Under the pieces are notes generated by a model that made no database searches, had not been told where the DNA came from, and saw only the letters and a list, made by a program, of their open reading frames with translations. Shown here piece after piece: positions 57,809 through 64,000 of a stretch of 64,000 nt of DNA. Within the stretch, counting starts at the first letter, position 1; the number at the start of each line of letters is the position of its first letter. The stretch covers positions 641-64,640 of the forward strand of contig JANPCG010000015.1 in the NCBI GenBank assembly GCA_031430855.1. Reading direction: 5' to 3'. Source of the DNA: Candidatus Kaiserbacteria bacterium. Its GTDB lineage: Bacteria > Patescibacteriota > Minisyncoccia > Phycocordibacterales > UBA918. Both the position numbers and the translations under genes were made by a program.

Positions 57809-59245
57809 ATGCGTCGTTCTTTCACCTCATCACAAACTCCCTCGGGTTTCTTATTGGTATTGGTATTAGTATTTGGTTCAGTGCTCTTTACTATCGCCAG
57901 TTCTTTCATTGTGTTTATCGTTACACAGAGTCGCTTAATTGAACAGAAAGTCCAGCTTGAGGGTGCTGGTCAGATTGCAGAGGCCGGCCTCAATTATTAC
58001 AAATGGTATTTAGCACACTTTCCGAATGATGTAACAAATGGTACCGGGTTACCGGGTCCGTATGTGGGAATTTACAATGATCCCGAAGGGGGAGCAATTG
58101 GAGAGTACTCACTCTCGATTGCGTCGACGTCCTACTGTGGGAGTATTTCGAGTATTGATGTGACATCTACAGGTCACACCTATGAGATGCCAGCCGTAAA
58201 ACGTCAGATTAGTGCACGGTACGCGAGACCAACAGTAGCAGAGTTCGCTTTTATACTTAATTCAAGCGTGTGGGCAGGGCCAGATAGAATCATTAATGGA
58301 CCGTATCACTCAAATGGAGGAATTCGCATGGACGGCACCCATAACTCTGTCGTAACCAGTAATGTTGCCACGTGGAATTGCGATAGCACTTTTGGGTGTA
58401 GTCCATCAGGGAATCGGAACGGCGTGTTTACCACAACCGCTAATGCGAACCCTGCCTTGTTTGAGTTCCCGTCTGCCCCCATTAATTTTGCCGGGTTAAC
58501 GGTCGATTTAGCCACTATGCAAACTCGGGCTCAGAATAATGGAGGTTTGTATATTGCTCCCTCCGGAGCCTCAGGTTACCGGGTGGTATTTAACGCGGCT
58601 GGGACGGTGAGTGTCTACCGAGTTACCTCAACGCAATTGTATTGGGGATACACTACAGAGTCAGGGTGGCAGCAGGAACGAAATGTCTACAGCGCCAACA
58701 CTCTTGTCGGTACCTATGCTATTCCGGCGACCTGCCCGCTCATTTTTGTAGAAGATAAAGTGTGGCTTGAGGGGACAGTGAGGGATCGGGTTGCGTTAGC
58801 GGCCGCCGATCTCGATACCTCAGGTGTTAATCCTTCCATAATTCTTAAAAACAACATAACGTACGTTTCGGCTACCACCTCGGCACTTCTTGCGGTGGCG
58901 GAACAAGATGTTTTGATAGGAGTTGATGTGCCTGACGATATGAATATAAATGGAATTTATATTGCTCAAAATGGGCGGTATGGACGAAATCACTACGTTA
59001 ACAGTGGAGGGTATTCACTCCCTAGTGGTCTCTTAGGCAATGTTATTAGAAATTCAGAAACTATGAATGGTACGATTGTCAGTAACGGTCGGGTTGGCAC
59101 GCAGTGGACAAGTGGTGGCATTACTATTTCAGGGTTTCGAAATCGAAACAATACCTATGATCGAAATTTGGTAGCCAACCCGCCTCCACTCGTTCCTGTT
59201 ACGTCTGACGTATTCGAATTCTCTGAGTGGAGAGACAGTAATTAG
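57809..59245 (+). CDS. PilX-like minor pilin
   Basis: SG|FLLVLVL lacking E5; IAEAGL motif. Confidence 0.8.
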   Translation: MRRSFTSSQTPSGFLLVLVLVFGSVLFTIASSFIVFIVTQSRLIEQKVQLEGAGQIAEAGLNYYKWYLAHFPNDVTNGTGLPGPYVGIYNDPEGGAIGEYSLSIASTSYCGSISSIDVTSTGHTYEMPAVKRQISARYARPTVAEFAFILNSSVWAGPDRIINGPYHSNGGIRMDGTHNSVVTSNVATWNCDSTFGCSPSGNRNGVFTTTANANPALFEFPSAPINFAGLTVDLATMQTRAQNNGGLYIAPSGASGYRVVFNAAGTVSVYRVTSTQLYWGYTTESGWQQERNVYSANTLVGTYAIPATCPLIFVEDKVWLEGTVRDRVALAAADLDTSGVNPSIILKNNITYVSATTSALLAVAEQDVLIGVDVPDDMNINGIYIAQNGRYGRNHYVNSGGYSLPSGLLGNVIRNSETMNGTIVSNGRVGTQWTSGGITISGFRNRNNTYDRNLVANPPPLVPVTSDVFEFSEWRDSN

Positions 59246-59276
59246 TCATTCTTCTTCGTATGCTACAATTTTGCAT

Positions 59277-60041
59277 ATGAAACATACGACAACCCCATTG
59301 GTAATCGCCAATTGGAAGATGAACCCAGCTACATTAATTGAAGCTAAGACGATATTTTCAGGGACTAAAGCCGCTGCAAAAAAATATCAGCAAGTGAAGG
59401 TTGTTGCAGCTGTACCCACCCTGTATGTACTTGAATTAAAAAAATTATTAGGAAAGAGTACATTGGCGCTCGGAGTACAAAATGCCCATGAAGCTTCCTT
59501 GGGTGCGTATACAGGGGAAACGGGAATCGGAATGTTGCAAGCAGCCCGAGTCGCTTACGTTATTTTGGGTCACAGTGAACGAAGGCTGCTGGGTGAAACC
59601 GATGAAGCGATTGCTCGTAAAGTCGCTTCATTACTGAAAGCACACATCACCCCGGTTATCTGTGTTGGAGAACGAGAACGAGATTCGCAAGGAAATTTCT
59701 ATAGTGTAATAGAATCACAAATTTCTATAGCTCTCTCTCTAGTAAAAGCCACGGCCTTGAAAGATGTTGTTATTGCCTACGAACCAATCTGGGCAATTGG
59801 TACTGGTAAAACCGCCAATGTGGCAGATGTATATGAAATGCAATTGTTTATTGAAAAAATTCTCACAAAACTATTTAATCGGGCGGCTGCCCGTAAGGTC
59901 ACCATTATTTACGGTGGTTCTGTAAATGCTGAGAATGCTCAAACATTGTTCACTGAAGGAGGGGTAACCGGTTTCTTGGTTGGAGGTGCTAGTCTGAAGC
60001 CAGCTGAATTTACAAAAATAATTGCTGCCACTACGAAATAA
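59277..60041 (+). CDS. tpiA: Triosephosphate isomerase
   Basis: NWKMN, GHSERR, AYEPIWAIGTG, LVGGASL. Confidence 0.96.
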   Translation: MKHTTTPLVIANWKMNPATLIEAKTIFSGTKAAAKKYQQVKVVAAVPTLYVLELKKLLGKSTLALGVQNAHEASLGAYTGETGIGMLQAARVAYVILGHSERRLLGETDEAIARKVASLLKAHITPVICVGERERDSQGNFYSVIESQISIALSLVKATALKDVVIAYEPIWAIGTGKTANVADVYEMQLFIEKILTKLFNRAAARKVTIIYGGSVNAENAQTLFTEGGVTGFLVGGASLKPAEFTKIIAATTK

Positions 60042-60044
60042 ATT

Positions 60045-61160
60045 ATGAAGTCCATTAAAGACGCCGGAGAAGTGAGAGGAAAGTATGTCATGGTGCGTTC
60101 ATCGTGTAACGTTCCTTTGGTTGACGGAGCTGTTTCAAATACCTATCGCTTGAGTCGAGCTCTTCCGACATTGGCGTATCTTAAAGCTGCGGGCGCGCGC
60201 GTAATTGTCGTTGCTCACATTGGTCGAGATGAGCACGACACGTTGTTGCCTGTCCTGTCGGCTATGCAACCTTTCATTGCGGTTGCCTGGGGTGGTGTTA
60301 TAGGTTCGGAAGGATTTAGCGCAGCTCGAAGCAACCTGCAAGATGGAGATATCATTCTCGCTGAAAATTTGCGACAAGATCCGCGTGAAGTAAGTAATGA
60401 CCCAGAGTTTGCAAAGTTACTTGCGTCACTGGCTGATGTATATGTTGATGACGCTTTTGATAATATTCACCGCGATCATGCGTCGATGGTCACGTTGCCA
60501 ACACTACTTCCCGCGTATGCCGGACTCACTCTGTTGGAAGAAGTGACTGAATTACAAAAGGCAATGGAGCCTCAGTCACCATCGTTGTTGATTCTCGGCG
60601 GGGCAAAGTTTGAGACAAAAATGCCCCTGGTTGAGAAATACCTCGATCTTTACGATAATGTTTTTGTCACAGGGGCTTTAGTCAATGATATTCTCAAAGC
60701 CGAAGGTCATGAAGTGGGGCAATCGCTCGTGTCTGATATTTCGCTTGCAGGCGCATCGTTTCTCTCGAGCTCAAAACTCATCCGAGCCATTGATGTGGTG
60801 GTAACCGGACCGCGGGGATTACGGACAGCACCTATAACGGATGTGGCGCCTGATGAAAAAATTACTGATATGGGACCGCTTACGATTGCAGCCCTTGCGC
60901 CGTATATCACAAGTGCCGCCACTATTTTATGGAATGGACCATTAGGCCTTTATGAAAGTGGTGCCCCGGGGGGAACACACTCAGTGGCGAGGCTGATTGC
61001 TGACGCCGATGGCTTTAGTATTATTGGGGGAGGGGATACTGTTGCAGCGGTCGAGGAGCTGGGACTAAATGATCAATTTGGATTTGTTTCGATTGGCGGC
61101 GGAGCGATGCTGACACTCCTGGAGCATGGGTCCACACCGGCGCTGGATGTTTTAGAGTAA
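60045..61160 (+). CDS. pgk: Phosphoglycerate kinase
   Basis: NVP, HIGR, ENLR, GGAK, WNGP, GGGDT, GGGA. Confidence 0.93.
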   Translation: MKSIKDAGEVRGKYVMVRSSCNVPLVDGAVSNTYRLSRALPTLAYLKAAGARVIVVAHIGRDEHDTLLPVLSAMQPFIAVAWGGVIGSEGFSAARSNLQDGDIILAENLRQDPREVSNDPEFAKLLASLADVYVDDAFDNIHRDHASMVTLPTLLPAYAGLTLLEEVTELQKAMEPQSPSLLILGGAKFETKMPLVEKYLDLYDNVFVTGALVNDILKAEGHEVGQSLVSDISLAGASFLSSSKLIRAIDVVVTGPRGLRTAPITDVAPDEKITDMGPLTIAALAPYITSAATILWNGPLGLYESGAPGGTHSVARLIADADGFSIIGGGDTVAAVEELGLNDQFGFVSIGGGAMLTLLEHGSTPALDVLE

Positions 61161-61206
61161 CGTTACCATGTATAAAAGAACCACAAGGAAGTAACTCGTG
61201 GTTTTT

Positions 61207-61623
61207 TTATTGGAGTACGGTTTTGATTTTTTCCTCCAGTAGCTGTAATTCTGCATCAGACGCTTCTGCTGTCGAAGCTAAAATATGACTTAGGTTTGGG
61301 GTAGTACTCAGCATAGGATAAAGTTTGATATGAACATGCGGCACTTCGAAACCCTCAATTACAAGACAGGTACGTTCAGTCATAAATACAGTGTCCAAAG
61401 CACGGGCGATTTTTTTCGACACCATAAGGATATGTTCATAAATGTTATCCTCAAGGTCAAATATGTAGGCAGATTGCTGTTTAGGAATGACAAGAGATTG
61501 TCCGCTGATACCCGGGAATTTATCGAGTATTACAATACATGCCCCATCTTCATATACGATATGGGATGGTATTTCACGATTTATAATCCTTGTAAAAATT
61601 GAAGCTTCTGGTACTGGAGTCAT
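61207..61623 (-). CDS. HIT family hydrolase
   Basis: SIFTRIINREIP, GFEVPHVHIKL. Confidence 0.88.
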   Translation of the reverse strand: MTPVPEASIFTRIINREIPSHIVYEDGACIVILDKFPGISGQSLVIPKQQSAYIFDLEDNIYEHILMVSKKIARALDTVFMTERTCLVIEGFEVPHVHIKLYPMLSTTPNLSHILASTAEASDAELQLLEEKIKTVLQ

Positions 61624-61653
61624 GGTAAATATGGTACCATGCACACACTCCGT

Positions 61654-63351
61654 ATGTCTCTTCCGTTTACGCTCACTCCTTTGATCACTATTTCTGCTCG
61701 CGAAGCGCTCGCCTCGTATAGTCTTGAGTTACAGCAACTGTTATTTAGTCGAGGAATTGTTACAAAAGAGGACGCCGAGGCGTTTCTTAATCCTAATTAC
61801 GAAACGCAACTCCATAGCCCGCTTTTGTTACATGATGTGGCGAAGGCAACGACCAGAATAAAGGCAGCCCTATTAGCACAAGAAAAAATTGCTATTTTTA
61901 GTGATTATGACTGTGATGGGATACCGGGAGCAGTTGTTCTGTATGATTTTTTTACTGCGATTAGCTACACAAATTTTGAAAATTATATCCCGCACCGTCA
62001 TTTCGAAGGCTTTGGATTGAGTAGCGAAGCAGTAGAAAAATTAGCCGCTAAAGGAGTCATCCTCATTATTACGATTGATTGTGGAACGAGTGATGTGGCG
62101 GCCATTGTGCGCGCGAAGGAATTAGGAGTTGACGTGATTGTGACTGATCACCATGAGCCGGGAAGTAGTTTGCCGGACGCGGTTGCGATTGTAAATCCCA
62201 AGTTGGGTAATTATCCGTTCCCCCATTTATGTGGGTCGGGGGTCATTTATAAATTAGTCCAGGCTTTGATTGCTACGGGGGATTTTAATTTACCACCCGG
62301 CCGAGAAAAATGGTGGCTCGATATGGTGGGAGTTGCGACAATTGCAGATATGGTTCCATTGGTGGGGGAGAATCGAGTGTTTGCACACTATGGACTGACG
62401 GTATTACGTAAATCACGTCGACCTGGACTACAGCAATTGCTCAGAAAAGCGAAAATGAATCAGGCGAAACTGACCGAAGAGGACATCGGATTTACGATTG
62501 GTCCCCGCATTAATGCAGCTTCACGCATGGATGCACCGGAGCATGCATTTTTGATGCTTACAACCACTGACGAAGGTGAGGCAGGTGCTCATGTTGAGCA
62601 CCTAGAAAAACTCAATAATGAACGAAAAGGAGCGGTCGCCACGATGACCAAAGAGCTGCATAAACGAATGCATGAACTTACTGATATCCCACCGGTCTTA
62701 GTAATGGGTAATCCACTATGGCGACCGGCCTTAGTTGGTTTAGCTGCTAATAAGTTGTCGGAAGAATTTAAGCGCCCAGTATTTTTATGGGGTCGTGATG
62801 GTAATGATGTTATTAAAGGTTCGTGTCGCTCGGGTGGGGGCGTGAGCGTCGTGAGGCTTATGGAGCGAGCCGCAGAATATTTCCATGAGCATGGGGGACA
62901 TCATATGTCGGGTGGATTTTCTGTCCGGGAAGAACATATATTTACACTCGGCGATGCACTTAATCAGGCGTATCAAGAACTTGGTAACGAAGCAATTATT
63001 CAAACTGAGTATGTCGTTGATGCCACCTTGTCACTGGAGGCTGTGTTTGGAGAAATGAAACGCGCCCTCGCAGTGCTATCTCCTTTTGGAACCGGAAACC
63101 CAAAACCACTTTTTGCATTTGTTCGCGTGAGCCCAAGTGCGGTTGAAGTTTTTGGTAAAGCCAAAGAGCACCTCAAACTCGTGTTTCAAACTGACCGGGG
63201 ACCGCTCGAAGCAATTGCGTTTTTTAGTGTGCCAACGGATTATGCGATGGTACCAGTGGTAGGAGAATCCCTTACATTGTTGGCCCACATTGAGAATTCA
63301 TTTTTTATGGGACGACAACAGATCAGGTTGCGGATTGTTGACATTATGTAG
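61654..63351 (+). CDS. recJ: ssDNA exonuclease RecJ
   Basis: DYDCDG, TDHH, ATIADMVPL, PRINAA, GGH. Confidence 0.94.
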   Translation: MSLPFTLTPLITISAREALASYSLELQQLLFSRGIVTKEDAEAFLNPNYETQLHSPLLLHDVAKATTRIKAALLAQEKIAIFSDYDCDGIPGAVVLYDFFTAISYTNFENYIPHRHFEGFGLSSEAVEKLAAKGVILIITIDCGTSDVAAIVRAKELGVDVIVTDHHEPGSSLPDAVAIVNPKLGNYPFPHLCGSGVIYKLVQALIATGDFNLPPGREKWWLDMVGVATIADMVPLVGENRVFAHYGLTVLRKSRRPGLQQLLRKAKMNQAKLTEEDIGFTIGPRINAASRMDAPEHAFLMLTTTDEGEAGAHVEHLEKLNNERKGAVATMTKELHKRMHELTDIPPVLVMGNPLWRPALVGLAANKLSEEFKRPVFLWGRDGNDVIKGSCRSGGGVSVVRLMERAAEYFHEHGGHHMSGGFSVREEHIFTLGDALNQAYQELGNEAIIQTEYVVDATLSLEAVFGEMKRALAVLSPFGTGNPKPLFAFVRVSPSAVEVFGKAKEHLKLVFQTDRGPLEAIAFFSVPTDYAMVPVVGESLTLLAHIENSFFMGRQQIRLRIVDIM

Positions 63352-63410
63352 AGATAGTTTAATACTAGAACGTAGTTACGTTCCCCTCCCCCGATTAGTA
63401 AGGTGCACAC

Positions 63411-63641
63411 ATGGAAATCAAGCTCGGTCTGTATGTTATCGCTGCTGGCAGCTACACATTATATCAAGACGACAGTAGTGGTCAGATCTATTACCGTACT
63501 CGTGGTGGTCAGAAAGAAGCGGTCATTCCACTGCCAAAAGGTAACGTGCAGGCCTTTGGTCAAACCTCGTTACCCATTTCCCCACCGCTTCCAAGTGAAG
63601 CACTTGCCCGCTATAAGCAACGTCGATCCGCCCAGAAATAA
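63411..63641 (+). CDS. Small hypothetical protein
   Basis: AAGGTG SD, 76-aa ORF, cgccca/tgggcg hairpin at the stop. Confidence 0.55.
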   Translation: MEIKLGLYVIAAGSYTLYQDDSSGQIYYRTRGGQKEAVIPLPKGNVQAFGQTSLPISPPLPSEALARYKQRRSAQK

Positions 63642-63683
63642 TGGGCGGTTCAACTTATTTCAATACTGTAGTACTATAAATTT

Positions 63684-64000
63684 ATGGAAACGATTATTTG
63701 CTCTGCGGCCGGAGATTCTCGTGGTAACCCTGGTCTTGGTGGGGTAGGTGTATATATTGCTGATACGGATGGTGTTATGGTGTCTGAAGAAGCTCAGACC
63801 ATTGGCAACACCACCAAGCGTTTCGCTGAATACCATGCTGTAATGCTGGCGCTGCAAACGCTCATTTCACTCTATGGTGAGCAAACCAAAACAAAACAGT
63901 TTGAAATATTGCTTGATAGTGAGTTGGTAAAAAAAGAGCTCAATGCCGAAGCGCTAATCACCGAGCCGGGAGTGGTTCCGATGTTTATTGAAATACATAA
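63684..64000 (+). CDS. RNase HI-like protein, partial, first catalytic Asp substituted
   Basis: Hand translation METIICSAAGDSRGNPGLGGVGV...AEYHAV...LLDSELVKK. Confidence 0.8.
   Translation, partial: METIICSAAGDSRGNPGLGGVGVYIADTDGVMVSEEAQTIGNTTKRFAEYHAVMLALQTLISLYGEQTKTKQFEILLDSELVKKELNAEALITEPGVVPMFIEIH

Noticed and set aside
60045-61160. pgk inactivation (RSSCNVP in place of RVDFNVP)
   Set aside because: All other motifs and the full length are intact and it is paired with tpiA; likely lineage divergence
212-63857. Numerous short antisense or out-of-frame ORFs in the track
   Set aside because: Shadows of well-supported genes, with no motifs or expression signals
1-64000. Alternative genetic code (TGA recoding)
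   Set aside because: Conserved genes such as pnp end at TGA at the expected length, and the pseudogene stops are TAA

Overview
64-kb chromosomal segment of a small-genome Patescibacteria/CPR bacterium (Parcubacteria-like, genetic code 11; taxonomy inferred from gene content and style). Left: a chromosomal T4SS-like cluster (VirB4, TraC-N-like, PrgI, VirB6-like) with no relaxase or integrase in view, then rsmA, pcrA, LysM-M23, comM, dksA-like, pnp, NYN, rpsO, an HTH-DUF4065 (Panacea) gene and a membrane-anchored Clp ATPase. Centre: xth, a ~400-nt promoter-to-terminator structured non-coding unit, CCA-adding enzyme, four tRNAs, nine parS-like palindromes around yraN, an ECF sigma/DUF5667 pair, and a small cassette-like island at tRNA-Gly(TCC) whose ABC-F gene has an apparent leader-peptide attenuator. 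Right: hup, rny, clpP, tig, ppaC, nusA, a type IV pilus operon, tpiA, pgk, recJ and a partial, probably inactive RNase H-like gene. The most unusual signal is a family of tRNA-linked snap-back elements. Their termini copy the T-arm of whichever tRNA they follow, while their cores are shared, covarying hairpins capped by CGAAG mini-hairpins. All calls were made by eye, without database searches or folding software.
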